This document shows, piece by piece, positions 11,841-26,436 of a DNA stretch of 64,000 nucleotides. Source of the DNA: Octopus bimaculoides (Eukaryota); the NCBI RefSeq assembly GCF_001194135.2, contig NC_068987.1:103879410-103943409 (forward strand), in the 5' to 3' direction. The notes below the pieces were generated by a model. That model did no database searches, was not told where the DNA came from, and was given only the letters and a program-made list of their open reading frames with translations. Both the position numbers and the translations under genes were made by a program. Numbering within the stretch: the stretch's first letter is position 1; each line of letters starts with the position of its first letter.

Positions 11841-14800
11841 GAAGATGCATAGATATGCATGTATAAGTCTGATGTGTAATTTAAGGGGCTAAGTTGCTAT
11901 TTCTAGCAGAGCAGACAGTTATATTGAGGTTCTGTTATGTTGTAAGGCTAACCATATGTCTGGTGACAAATAAATTCTGGTTTACCTGTCCATCTGAAGG
12001 TCCAGTTAAGACATGTAACTGAATTTTTGGCTTTTGCACCTAATTTGTTACTTATGATTGACTTAGTCTGAAGTGTCAAACTGCTTTTCCTGATGGCCAG
12101 GCTACTCCTGGTTCCATAATACAAACTTTTCTTTATTAAAGTGCTCTGATATAAAACCTTCCATCAAAATATTTATGTTCCAAATGCTGGTAAAAGTTAT
12201 TTCACTAAATTCTTCATTGAGAAAAAGGCAGTGTATTTCAACAGAAATAGAGGAACAAACTGTTTAATTTTGTCGTATGCCATATGTTACACTGTTTAGC
12301 CTCTTGTCAAAACAAACCAAACCTCACATGCATTCCAGACAAAGCCATCCTGTTTTATCAAGTACTGTATTGTCTAATGCATTAAGACAACAAGGTATGC
12401 TTTGAAGGAGATTTGAATGGTATTTCTAGCATGTCAAGCAACCATGTAGATCTGATACAGGGAATCTTTCAGCATTGAAAGTGTGTAATTTGTGTTGTAT
12501 ATGTTGTTGAGAAAAATAATGACTCATTATTTTTTTTCAAACAGATATGCAATTATATTGAATTGTTTTTGTCTTATGGTCTAAAGTTTTTTTGTTTTTG
12601 TTTTTTTTTGCTTTAAACCCCCCCCCCCCCATCTAAAACCTAATTGCTTCAAATTTGAGTGCTGGGGAATAAACGGTATCTTCACCTTTGGTGGAGACGG
12701 ATAGCTATCTCACTTGGCTTGTGCCATATGTTAATTTTCTCTTGTATCTGAATTCTTTTGCGTGTACAAGTGGTGAGAGTGAGGCAGTCCTTAGCTGAAA
12801 CTACTCTCTTCAACTTTTACTTTGGTTCTCTAGTACCAAGTGTATGTATAGAGTTTATTTGTGAATTAACTTGTTTTCATTAGGCTGCCAATTATTTCAA
12901 CATGTCATGTCAGTGTGAAAATACTTCTGCATTGTTCAGTGGTATATTTAGTGATTGCTCTTTTTCTATTTTCTTTTTCTTCCTTAGGTAAAATGTAGAT
13001 TTTTGGTTATTTCTGGCAAATTTTTTTCAGCCTTTGTTTCATTATGTATTCTGTGCCACTTTTTTGTTTAACGCCTCAGACTCCCACATATTTTTGTGTA
13101 TAGATTGATCTGTGTCACCTGCATTTCTTGTTCAGTGACTCCTCTAATCTAGCCTTAGCTGTTAGTGCCAACCACTATTTAGGGATTCAAGGACAACTCC
13201 CCAACTCCTTTGACATTTTCCTCAGGACCACTGCTCTAGCCTACTTAAACTTTTTTAGGAGGCAATTACCTGGTGGCGTAGTCGGCCCAGAACCTTAGTT
13301 TTATTTAGTGGCACTGCCATTTCAACCAGATTTTTTTTTTTTTTTTTAAATTTCTAATTTACCATTTTTTTAAGACTAGTATGTAATATAAATAGTTAAG
13401 GAACTGAACTCTATTGTGAGTTGACAGTATTTATTGCTTTTCAATCAGTGTTTCTATGTCTCACTTCAATTTTTGCAAAAATGATGCACCCCTCCCATGA
13501 ATAGTCAGTGTGCGTGTCTGTATATTTATATATATACATATACACACACAAACACACATTGTTTTGTCAGACAAATGAGAAAGGAGTGCGTGATACATGT
13601 AGAATATATGGCATTTTTTTTTTTTAACTAAACTGAAAGTTTGATCGTAAGTAGTTTCACATAATTTTGGAACCCATCATGAGACAAAGTCTCAGTTTCA
13701 GCGAAACAAATATATCAATTCAAAAGAAGTTTTATTTATGAATTTACTGCAAGTATTATATGCATTTCACCTTGTTCTGAAGCCCTACGCCCCACCAAAA
13801 TATTACCATGCCCTACAAGTAGGTCATGTACCACACACACACACACACACACACACCTTGAGAAACACTTTTGAGGGAAATATGTACTAGATCATCAGAG
13901 AATATTACCTGAGATGGCATATTTCCATGAAATTAGATATAAGCACTAGCTTAAGATCTTTCTTTCTTTGTGAGCTGAGGGAAGCAGTTAGTTTATGAGT
14001 TTAATAATTTTATGATAGATGTAATCTCAGCTTTACTACCACAGTACTGTAGTGCTATGGTTGCAACATATCAACCAAGCAGCTACCCCTATAAACACCT
14101 CGCTATATCTTCTGTTTGTCCATTCCGTGTAAGTTGAATCAAGCTCACATTCACTTATTTCTTATTCTTCCTCAGTCTCTAAGTGGTTGCTTGACTTGCT
14201 CAAAATAGCATCCAAATTATCCTCAAACACCACACCCAACCATCTTGAAGAGGTGGGACTTAATGGATAATGCAAATCTTGGTTAAACTGCCTGAAAATA
14301 AGATAGGATGGCCATAACTGGAACATCTTTCAAGATAGATCTGTCTGAACAGAGCTTCCAATTTTGGGTTCATTGACAACAGTAAATTACTTTTATTCAA
14401 ATCTGTGTTTAGGTTTTTGCCAATCTAGCTTGACTAGTTTTGTAAATTTGCTTACTACAGTCGTGGGAGGTTTTTTGTGTAGTTGAGTAGTTAAGGTGTT
14501 AGGGCTCACAGTCATTAGGTTGTGGGTTCAATTTCATGCCTAGGTGGTATCTTGTATCCTTGAGCAAGGCATTTCATTTCATGTTGCTCTAATCTAGTGC
14601 AGCCTTCTCTCCTTATGTCAAAACAAAGGTCCTTTAGAACAGAATTATCATTTTAATTTAATGTCAATTTTCCATGCTGGCATGAGTTGGAAACCAGTGA
14701 GCCTCATAGCTGCATTAAACTCTAACATCAGCTTTGGCATGGTTTTTTGGGGGCTGGATGCCCTTAGTGTCAAAGGAATGCCACAATCTGACATTCCAGT

Positions 14801-17800
14801 TGAGAACTTTTTCTTCCTAAGATATAAAGTGTCTAGGATGATGATTCTCAACTGTTTTTTGCTTATGGGCCCCGTTGATTCCTGTTTTACTCTACTGGAC
14901 TGCCATTGTCATTTGGTGTATACAAAAAAATCTTCCAGTACTTTTATATTTAAATATATTCTAGGAATGGTATAAAAATATTAAAATAGTTTGTGTATTG
15001 TAGAAGTATAAGCAATTTAATACACATAATTTTCAACAATAAGACCTTATATGGAGATCAACCCAAACCTCCATGTGCCCTATTGACTTTGATTGAGAAT
15101 CACTAATCTAGGACAACTCAATGTTTCCTCTTTTATTTAAGATGATAGTGTGATTTGCTGATGCTCCGACTGCTATTCTTAGCGGATCCAGTGACCATGA
15201 AAAGTCATTTATTTCTCAATCTGCCTAGAAATAGCCTAATCTCCCATAAATCCTGCTGTCTTATAAAGAGGAGGACACATTGGATCATGTAATTATGTAG
15301 TCCAAATAAAGATGTTCACAGCTAGAACAATAGAATTGATGGTGGTATTGTGTTACTGTTGAGTCTGGGTTATCTCTGGCTCAGGAGACCTGTAATCAAA
15401 TATGCACCTGCCATGATCATTCCATCTTTTTATGCAGACATAGTATACATAGGACTAAAATATTCAATGTATTCTTTTCTTATGAAAAGGGTAAGTGGAT
15501 AGCAATTGTAAGTAGCTACACAGAGGCTCCACCATTTACTTATCACTGGTGGTGGGTTTTTCTTTAATCTTAAGTAAGGCCTGACTCATGCATATCTTAT
15601 GATTAGACATTCTCTGACTATTCTATCTTTTATAGTGTGTTTACCGTTATCTGTGTCCTTTTTGAAGCTAGGTAGTAGAATATAGTTTGTTGAGAGTTGA
15701 TATTTCTAGTAGCTCTCCAATGATGTAGAGGTTTCTTTACTGACTTGTTATTTAATCCTCTTTATCTCTTGTATGACATAAGTATATTTTCATAAAGACC
15801 ATAGCTAATAACCTCCACTTCTTTCTCACTCCTTATAAATAAGTTAAATCTTGTCTTAGGTCAACTAGTGCTGATTGATCTGCACCAGGTTCACTTTAAG
15901 CATTTAGCCTTCCCTCTTGTAAGCTGGTGTTCAGTAATTCACATCTCTTGACATCTTACTCTGGAGAGCTTTGATTATGTGATACAATCACTGTTTTGGT
16001 TCATTTCAAGCAGAACTGTTACCATCAGTTTCCTAGTGCAGCTGCTGAAGACAGTTCTTTGTCAGTAATTCATCATCATTTCATGTCTGTCTTCCATGCT
16101 GGCGTGGGTTGACAGGAGCCAGCCAGGTAGAAGACTACACTAAGCTACTGTGTCGGTTTGGGCATGGTTTTTATGGCTGGATGCCCTTCCTAACTTAGCA
16201 TAAAATGCACTGAACTATTGACTGGGTCATTGGAAACTTGTAACCAGCAATGTTTATTTGCCCACAATATGAAATGTTTATTCTTTTACTACTTTGTCTT
16301 GGGGCTATGGTCTTGCTGAAGGATCACCTTCAATAGTTTAATTAATTACATTTCAGTCAGGTACTTATTTTATTGACTGGCTGTGTTTTATGCAGAACTT
16401 TTTTTAATTTTATTTTTTTTTTTTTTAATTCATATCTGCCTCTTAGAATGTCATAGTGTGATTGTGTTTAGCAGTCTCTCCCTATATCCTGGACATGTAT
16501 GCTTCAGTCATATATAGAATAACTATTGACTGGTTAGAGTTGCTTTGGTACTGTGTGCACTTATATTATGATGGCTGTTGATTGATGCATACTTTTGACT
16601 GGTTAGACCTGTTTTTATATTCTGGAGGTTAACCCTTTAGCATTTAAACCAGCCATTTCAAGCCTAAATATTCTTGCCTGTTTTATGTTTAAACCAGCCT
16701 GCCCTGGCCTCTTGCACCTAAATTACAATGTGATTCTGAAAACAATCGCATCATTGAAATCATGAAACTATAAGATAATGCATGGTTAAGTCAAAACAAT
16801 ATGAATAAATAATACATTTTACAGTATAATCTAAATGCTAAAGGGTTAATAAAAAATAGCAATTAGTTCAAAATGTGTGTGCGCCTACATCATCATCATG
16901 CGTCTGTTGTCCATGCTGGCATGGGTTGGACAGTTTGACTGGGCTGGCATCCTGGAAGGCTGCGCCAGGCTCCAGTCTGATTTGGCATGGTTTTCTATGG
17001 TTGGATACCCTTCCTAATGCCAACCACTCCAAGAGTGTAATGGGTGCTTTTACGTGCTACCATTACAGGTTCCATTCGTGTGACACCAGTATCTGCCGTG
17101 ACTGATTTTGCTCAGCTTGATGGGTCTTCTTCTCAAGTACAACATAATTCCAAAGGTCTTAGTCATTGCTTCCATGGGGCCCAACACTCAAAAGGAACTC
17201 GGCCACCTCACCTCCATGAGGCCCAATGCTCAAAAGGAACTCAGCCACTTTGCCTCCGTCAGGCCCAATGCTCAAAAGGAACTCAGCCACTTTGCCTCCG
17301 TCAGGCCCAATGCTTGAAAGAAACCCAACCACTATGCCTCTTAACAGGTCTTTTTGGAAGCAGTGTTTTACAGCTGGTGCCAACCATTGTATGTACAGAT
17401 GCAACCTATTTAATTTAAAACATTGGTTACACATAACTAGGGCATATTCACACAGGTACAGGCATAGCTGTGTGGTAATGAAATTCACTTTGTAACCACT
17501 TGGCCTATTCCAAGGCCCACTATCATGGCCAAGTGTCTTTTATAGGCTCAAGATGACCAATAAACTTAGGAGTGAAACTGTAAATGGAACCTATACAGAA
17601 GCTCATAGTGTGTATGCAAATATTTCACCAGTATGCAATATAATTTAACCTGTGATGACCAGTGGAATAAAAAAAAAAATCTCTTAATTGATAAACAGGT
17701 ATGGATTAGTGCCAGGAAGAGCATCTAGCCATAAAATATTGTATCAAAAAGTATAGTCCAACTTGTGCCAGCGTGGAAAATGTCTGTGTTAAAATAAAGT

Positions 17801-20800
17801 GTTCCTCAAGGTGGGTGGGGCTTTGCAGTATTTTGGTGTAATGTAGGTTACTTCAGAATAGAGTGTAAGTAACAAGTGAATACAACTTGCGATAGCGTTT
17901 TTGTTAAAACTTCTAATGAATATGTGGGCTGCCTTTTTTTTTTCTTCTTAATAGCTGTGGGTTGTGGGACAAAAAAAGTTTGAGAAACATTGCATTAAAA
18001 TGACGATTATGAACAGGCTTCTGCAGTTTTTGTCTGCCAAGTTCTATGTGAGGCATTGGTTTATCAAAGGCCACAGCAGAAGGGACTTGCTTAAAGTGCC
18101 ATACAATAGGACTGGATGTGGAACTACTTTCTGAAGTGAAATTCGTAATCACATGTCCATGTTATATAAAATGAAATTAATCCTGGAACCAGCAGCTCTT
18201 TCTAAAAGTATATCAGCATCAAGAATTTTGACAAGTTCGAGGCATTTATTGATTCCTACCTGTGCTGATTTAGTATAGCAGCTAAAACAAATTTAGATAA
18301 AATATTGGTTCTTAAAATTTTTTGTTCATTCAGCTAAATGTGTTCTTTTTTTTTTTATACTTATCTCAGAACTAATTGGAGACCTGCTGAAGGAAAAACC
18401 AACAGAATATGATGGCTTTGATTCTGTTGTTGTTGTTGACAATGTTCCAATTGTCGGCCCTGAGAGGTTTGAGAAACTACAGAATGTTATCAGAAAGTTT
18501 TTCCAACGCTTTGGCAAGATCAGAACCGAACATTATCCAATGGAAAATGGCGAAAACAAGGGGTGAGTATTAAATGTTGCTGTTTACAGATTCATATAGT
18601 CAGGGTTGCTTTCTTTGGTTTTGTTTTCATCACATCTTTTTTCTGTCCATTCACTGTCCCTTCATTTTAGGTGACTATACAGTTTTCCCATATGTTCTAT
18701 AGAAGCAGGAAAGAAGGTACATGTGTGATTGTATGGATTTTTCTTTGTAATCGCATTGTTTTGAATTTCGTCTCTGTGACACCTTGGACAAGTATCTTCA
18801 TCTTCAGGCTGACCAAGTTGTGTGTAAAACGTGTAGGCTGAAACTGTCTGGAAGCTTGTGTGTGTGTTAGTCCAAATGTTGGCATTCTACATCTTTGCTT
18901 GTTGCTGTCTGAGCAAAAATTGATGTGATATTTGCCCTTGGATAAAGAAATTCTATGGCAGCTGAAAAGACTGATTGCAGCCAGAAAACGTTTTGGTTGC
19001 TCAATAAGGAACTTACTTGGGTCAAATATGAACTACTTATTTGCTAAAGTGAGCCGTTATGTAATGGCTTAAGATGCTAGGAATAGAACCCAAATCATAA
19101 TCTAATGTAATAATAAAAAGGGAAGGAAGGACATATTAAATAGTAGTTACATTATGTCTGAATATAAGAGAGTTGCCATTGTCATGAATATCTTTGGATA
19201 TGGCCGGTACTGAATGTTTCACAAGTGCCTACTGCTACAATGTGGCTGCAAGTTCTTAACAAATCAATGATCCAGTTCATTTAGTGCAGGTGTTGAAACA
19301 GCACAGTTGTCTTTGATTTCTCTAGTCTTGCTGTTTATAGCTATAAACTGTTTTGCTTCTGTCAGTTAATCTTATAACACTGTAGTCTATAAAGCAGCAA
19401 TTTATGATGTGGTGTACATGACAGTTCTGTGTAATCATTAATGATTTCATAATTTTCCTGCCAAAACTAGCTTCCACTCTTCTAAAATTGATAGATTAAC
19501 TGCTAAATTTGTCAAAATGTCCATATCTTTTTATTCATTCTTTGGCCATTTGTTGCAATAATTTTTACAAAGCCATCTGTATTTTATACAACTATTGGTA
19601 TTTACTTTTTTTTTTTTTTTAATTTTTATTTTCACATCTGCCTCTTAGAATGTCATAGTGTGATTGTGTTTAGCAGTCTCTCCCTATATCCTGGACAAGA
19701 ATGATTCAGTCATATATAGAATAACTATTGACTGGTTAGAGTTGCTTTGGTACTGTGTGCACTTATATTATGATGGCTGTTGATTGATGCGTACTTTTGA
19801 CTGGTTAGACCTGTTTTTATATTCTGGAGGTTAACCCTTTAGCATTTAAACCAGCCATTTCCAGCCTAAATATTCTTGCCTGTTTTATGTTTAAACCAGC
19901 CTGCCCTGGCCTCTTGCACCTAAATTACAATGTGATTCTGAAAAGAAACAATCGCATCATTGAAATCATGAAACTATAAGATAATGCATGGTTAAGTCAA
20001 AACAATATGAATAAATAATACATTTTACAGTATAATCTGAATGCTAAAGAGTTAAGAAAAAATAGCAATTGGTTCAAAATGCTATGGAATTCTGGCCATA
20101 ATTTTTGCACGTTTTCTTTGTGTATTTACTTATTATCTATCGTTTTTTATTTCAGCTATGTGTTTCTTGAATACACTTGCCCTGAGCATGCACTTGAGGC
20201 TGTGAAACTGGCAAACAACCACAAGATGGACAAGCAGCATATGTTGCAAGTTAACCTGTTTTCAGACTTCCTCAAGTAAGTTTCTTGTCTTATTCTATTG
20301 CTACTAGAACAAACTAGAGGTACTGTACAAGTGTTTCTATTGTATCTTACTAGGACAAAGTTGATTTGTGGGAGATGGGGTAAACGGTGTTTGACTATAT
20401 GGTCGATAAGTTTGTCAGTTAATGTGTGCGTTTACACACACACGTTAAATAACACTGCTTTCTGTGAACAAGAAAACCTTAATTTCTATACAATGTTACT
20501 GGATAGTTTTCTTGGAATCTATAGATTTTCTGTAACCAGAACTAGTCTGACATAATTTTTGCACGAAGAATGTTATATTACACAATATAACATTCTTCCT
20601 AACTCATTAATTCTTACCTTGATCAATGTTTTTGTTCTGTGTATAATTAAATACAGGTTGCAGGCATTGTTGTTTTTTAAGAAGTTTGCTTTACATCTGT
20701 GTAATCTTGAGTCTATTCTCACTACACAATGTCTTGGGCAAGCATCTTCCACATCATAACCTTAGGTCAACTAAAGACTTGTGAATGAAATTTAGAAGGA

Positions 20801-23800
20801 AACTATCTGTAAGACCTTTTGAGGAATTGTTCCTGTTCCAGTGAGGTAGACCTTATCCCTTGCACAGATTAACACACCATCTGGTACTTGTGTGCTTCTG
20901 AGTCCATTTGGAAGCCCCTTGGAGAAGTCTTTAGGTGCAGATGCTCAAACATGCCATAAAAAAACAGACTATTGAAATAAATGTGTGTAAATTGTTAGTT
21001 GCTTTACATCTGTTTTTCCATGCTTGCATGGGTTGAACAAAAGTTATTTTAAGCATTGGTTTTCCTATTGCATGTGCTTCCTGACCCCTACGTGTTTTTC
21101 AAGTAAGGGATCATTTATTCCACTCAGCTTCAAAAGCACAAAATGCCTGGACAATTCATTGAAGGATAGAAGCTGACAGCACTACCACCCATCACACGAT
21201 CTTACAAGCAATTGCAGATGCAAACATACACAAAACATACATGTGACAGTCTTTAATTTTCTTTATGCCAGCTTTTGATCATCCCTTGTCTATAGCAGAA
21301 GACATTTGCCCAAAGTGCCATGCAGTGAGACTGAACCTGGAACTGCATGGTTTGGAAGCTAACTTCTCAACCACACAGCCAACCCAGTGCCTGTTGCAGC
21401 TGTGATAGCACTTGTGTGTGGGTGTGGTTTCAGGTTCAATTCCATGATGTATATCAAGCAAGTAGTTTCTTCTGTAGCCCTGGGTTATGGAGCCTTGTGA
21501 GTAAATTTAGCTAATAGAAACTGTAAGAAGTGTTTAAACTGGCCAGATCTAGTCTCTCACCCATCTGACAATGTCATTCAAATCATAAGCAATCACATCT
21601 TCAGAATCTCAAACCAATAAGATAATGCATTAATGCATGATTACTTCAAAACAATGTGAATGGAATAAGTATTGAATTTGACAGTAATTTGAATGCCAAT
21701 GGGTTAATGTGTGTTCATATTTCCACCACGCTGTCCATCACTGAAGCATTTTCAGGCTTCTTGATATATTGCACAATCTTTGTAAACAAAAAGCTCATTC
21801 AGTTGGTGCAATGTATCCAGGATGTTGTTCATTAGACTGGGATATTAATACTTCACTTGGAAACACAGGTGGGATCAACAAGAATGTCATCCAACCATAA
21901 AATCTCTGCTCCAGTGTACCCCTATCTCACCCATGCAAGCATAAAAAAAGTAAACATTAACCCTTTAGTATTCAGATTAATCAGTCGAATATAGTGCTTA
22001 TTCATGTTATTTTGAATTATTCAGGTTCAAGAGGGGTGTCCGCAATATTTGCTTGTAATTTTGTTAATTTTTTTACATACAGATTTGAAATTTTGTCAGT
22101 GGTTGCTTATATACCAGTGGTTTATAGTTATGTAATTTTAGCTGATTTTCTGATTAAATTTGACTTTTATGGGCAGGTAAATTTAATTAACAGGTGTAAA
22201 AGCAGTAACATTATGGATAAATGCTAACATTGAAATTCTTAATGCATCTTAACTGTTTGATTTGTTACTAAAATTATCCCAGATGTCAACTGCCAACAAT
22301 TTTGCCACTTTTCAAGATGAGGTACAATAATTCGAATTAATTAAAATACAGATATAATCGGTACAAGATTTTAATCTTTCTTTATATTTCATTTAAACAT
22401 TTTCACTGAAAATAAGTACAAAACTCTTTTACTAGTCAATATATCATTGGCTATGTACTCTTATACAATTTCATGAATACATTTACATAACAGAATGCAT
22501 CTAATAAACAGAGTTCATTAACAGGTGAGACAAAGGTGAATACAGGTGTGTAACCTACTGAAAATCAATATGTATTTCTCACTTTCACATTATTTGTAAT
22601 AAAATGAAAGGAATATATCATAGTATTACTATCAAACAACAAAATATAGTTATGCTATATTTCTATCGTGGAACTATCCAAAGCACCCTTTACATAAGGG
22701 CACTTTGCAAAACGACCTCATATATAAGGTCTCAACCTGATATCCCTTCAGAGTTTTTTCTTTTTTGCAGCGGACACAATGATTTCATAGAGTAATCAGA
22801 TATGGACAGATTTGGCTGGTTCAAACAAATAAAGGGGAATTATTTTCGGCCAGTTTTGACCAGTCTGAACACTAAAGGGTTGTAATGGTGACGTTGATGG
22901 TACCATGTGATTGCTTACATTCTCGGCTGGTACTGTCCAATGCACACATGCTGAGGCTGTAAAACTTAGCTTAAGCTCTGTTGTGCTTTAGTAAAAGCCT
23001 CTGCATAGATTCTGTGATGGCTATAGCCACATCTGTGTTTCTAGGGAGACTAGAAGTGAGAGTAAACCACTTCTGTAATTATTTCTCTAAACAGTTGATA
23101 GTTTGTTTTGTGTTTTCTTTTTCTAGATATGAAAATATGCCCAAGGAGTGGGAACCGCCTCAGCCTAAACCATATAAAGACATGGTAAGACCAATTATGT
23201 ATATAACTGTTACATGTATGTATTGTGTGTTCTGTACATGTTTCTATAATTATATTTATCCTATTTTATTATTCACATTTTTCCTCCTTCCGATTTAACT
23301 CTCAATTCTTAAATACAGAATTGTTGCTGTTGTTCAGTTCCTGGTCAGCTCTGATAAAGCAGAAGTATTCTGGCCATAACCAACTTGTCTTTAGATATAT
23401 CAAGGATAGTGTTTTTGCTTTTTAAAAACTAGTGTTTTGCTGATTCTAACAGTTTAGGTAGCCATGGAGAATCTTCTTGATTGGCTCACCAGCATTTTGA
23501 ATGGTTATTTGATGTACTAGTGAGTTGTTTAGCTGTAGGTCAGTTCTGGCCAAAACTACTCCAACCATTACCGTCCAGTCTTTTATTCCGACATATATTA
23601 TCTAATGTGGTACGGTGATAGGGTGTGATTTGAGGAAGATTTGTCTAGTTTCAACTGTTGCTGACCACAGATTCCTCTTATTGAAGTAGTTAGCTATTGT
23701 TGCAAGATTTATACTGCAAATATGTAGTATCTGAAGAATCACAAACAGTTGTTAGTCAATTGCATTGTGGTAGTCATTGTGGTCATTTAAAATACATTGC

Positions 23801-26405
23801 AGGTAACAAACCAGATGGCGTATACTAGTAGCAGTTGCCATTCAACGCATGCTGACATGACAAAGAACCGAGATATATAGTGCACTGTTGTACTGAAGAA
23901 GATCTGTTCTCTGTTATGTGCCACATAAAAAGCACCTAGTACACTCTGTAAAGTGGTTGGCATTAGGAAGGACATCCAATTAGAAACCAAGCCAAAACAA
24001 GCTGTGGAACCTGGTGTGGCTCCTGGCCTTGCTAGCGCCTCTCAGGCCATCCAACCCATGTCAGCATCAAAAACAGATATTAAATGATGATGATAATGTC
24101 AGTAATCAAAGTTTCATAATAAATCTGCATCTTGGCTTGTGTATTATTCCAATTATACAATTTGACAATCAAGTCTTACCTGCTTTGACTGTGTTGGGTG
24201 ATACTGTTCAAATTGGGTCTTATTTCTGTAAAAGAAAGTCTTGGATTTTCAGTTATGCGAAATACAACATGACCTTCGACTCTTGAAGATCTGAACAGAA
24301 GTTAGATTGATTTCACAACTATACATACATGTATGTTATCATTGATTTCTGTGTTGAAATATCATCATCATTGTTTAATGTCCGCTTTCCACTGGAAATG
24401 TAGGTTAATAAGTTCTCTTGTCATTGCAGGGTAATCTCCGTTCCTGGTTGCTGAACAATGAAAGCTTTGATCAATATAGTGTAATCTATGATGCTGGTGA
24501 CAAAACTGCCATTTTCTTCAATGGTTCTGGAGGACAACCGAATCTAGCTGAAGAGCGAAGTGTAAGTTGGACTCTCTCTATTTCTATCTCTATCTCTCTC
24601 ACACACACACTCACAAAATAGCTTGTATTATGCTTTCCCTATTCTCCGTCTCAAAGTTTCCATTAGAAAGTCCATACTGCTGACCCATTCCAGACCACAT
24701 TGCCATGGCTTGGACAAGTTTGCAGAGCAGCATATTGCCATTCCTCTTTATTCTATTACATCTTTTCTGTAAGTTCCACCATCTTGAGGCCTGATCTCAT
24801 TCCCTTGCATCTTTTGTTTATCATCCCCTATAAATACTCACCATTATCATTGCAAATATCATCTTGCACATATCTCTCAATTATTTTAATACCCATCCAT
24901 TTTGACAACTCACTTGTGATCCACCTTTCCATTGAATGTGATCCACACATTCAATGGATTATCATCTCCATTCTCTCAAGATTCCAAAGACATTTGCCAT
25001 TCGATGTTCATGTCTTTTTCAAATGTGGCACTATATTACTTCATTCATCTTTTCTTTATTCTGACCTTTGTACTGAGAACGAACCAGTTTGTCAAAAACT
25101 CACTTAACATTCCTGACCCTTGACTATCTATTTACATATTCAATTTTAATACAACTGTTGATTCTAACAACTGCACCAGCCACAGTTTAAAGCGGTTCCT
25201 TTCAATTGTTTTTGTATACTTACAGCGGTGGACAGAAACTTACGTACGTTGGTCCCCACAGGGAACTTACCTTGCTACTTTTCATTCCAAGGGTATTGCC
25301 CTTTGGGGTGGAGAGAAATTTGAGCAAATAATGAAGTTCAGTCACCCAGATGTCCAGCTTATAGACTTTTCTCCCTGTGAACGGTAAGTTATTTTTAAGA
25401 ATAGACCTGTTGCTGATAACCTATCTAGTACTGGTAAAATAAATAAATTTACCCAGTCCATGCTATAAAGTGATCAGTGATATCCAACCTTAAAACAAAA
25501 TGACATATGAAAAACAAAGTTTGATAGATATGTTGTCTCTATTACTGGTGTACTAGATGAGGAAGGACTGCAGCATGTAGCAGGGTATTGTTTTGAAGTG
25601 GATGTTAAATGATAGCTTGTTAGCTATGTCCCCATTCTACCCAATGACATTAAGAAACCCTAAATCTCAGCAAATGGCCTCTCCACATCTGCTCAGTATC
25701 ATGAAGACAGACACAGTAATAGTTTTCCATCTAAGATTACCACCCTATGGTTCATATCAGAGACAACCTGTCTGCATCAGTGTATAAGGGCTGCCCTCAA
25801 GAATCACAGCCATAACAAAGATGACTTTTCAAGGAAGTTGGGCAATCTGAACAGATACAACATTTTACAAATAGGGTTCTACACTAACTACATGGAAAAG
25901 ACAAGAATTTTGTTAGCCATAGCAGAGGTATCCCATCTAAGACGTCTGTAACTCTGAAGAAAAGCTGAGTGTAGAGCTTCTCTGGCATCATTGGCATCAA
26001 ATGCATTGAAATAATACTGTAAAGTTATTTGTATTGAGAAGGGTACCCAGCTGAAAGTGTTGTACCAGAATTAACTACCTGCAGCAAGTGATGAAACTAA
26101 GACTTACCCAATCCATACTTTCATGGTAAAGGACACAAAACGATTGCCTGTGTATTTGTGCGTGTGTGCACATGCACACTGGCATAACTGGTTGAGAAGT
26201 TCACTTCCCAGCAATGTGGTTTCAGTAGCACCATGGGAAAGTGATATCTACAAGCATTGTTCCTTCGCAGACATTTTGAATGGAAGTCCCTTATCTGAAA
26301 AACAAGTAAGGATTAGTGACAGAAGGGGCTTATAGTTGTAAAACAACAGCTCACCAATAATATATTCATCTCATCCATGCTGGCAAAGAACTAACATGAC
26401 GTTTG

Positions 26406-26436
<31 letters not shown>

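Noticed and set aside
17044-17495. Overlapping repetitive ORFs of 69-124 aa
   Set aside because: Produced by a 42-bp (multiple of 3) minisatellite within a dead LINE.
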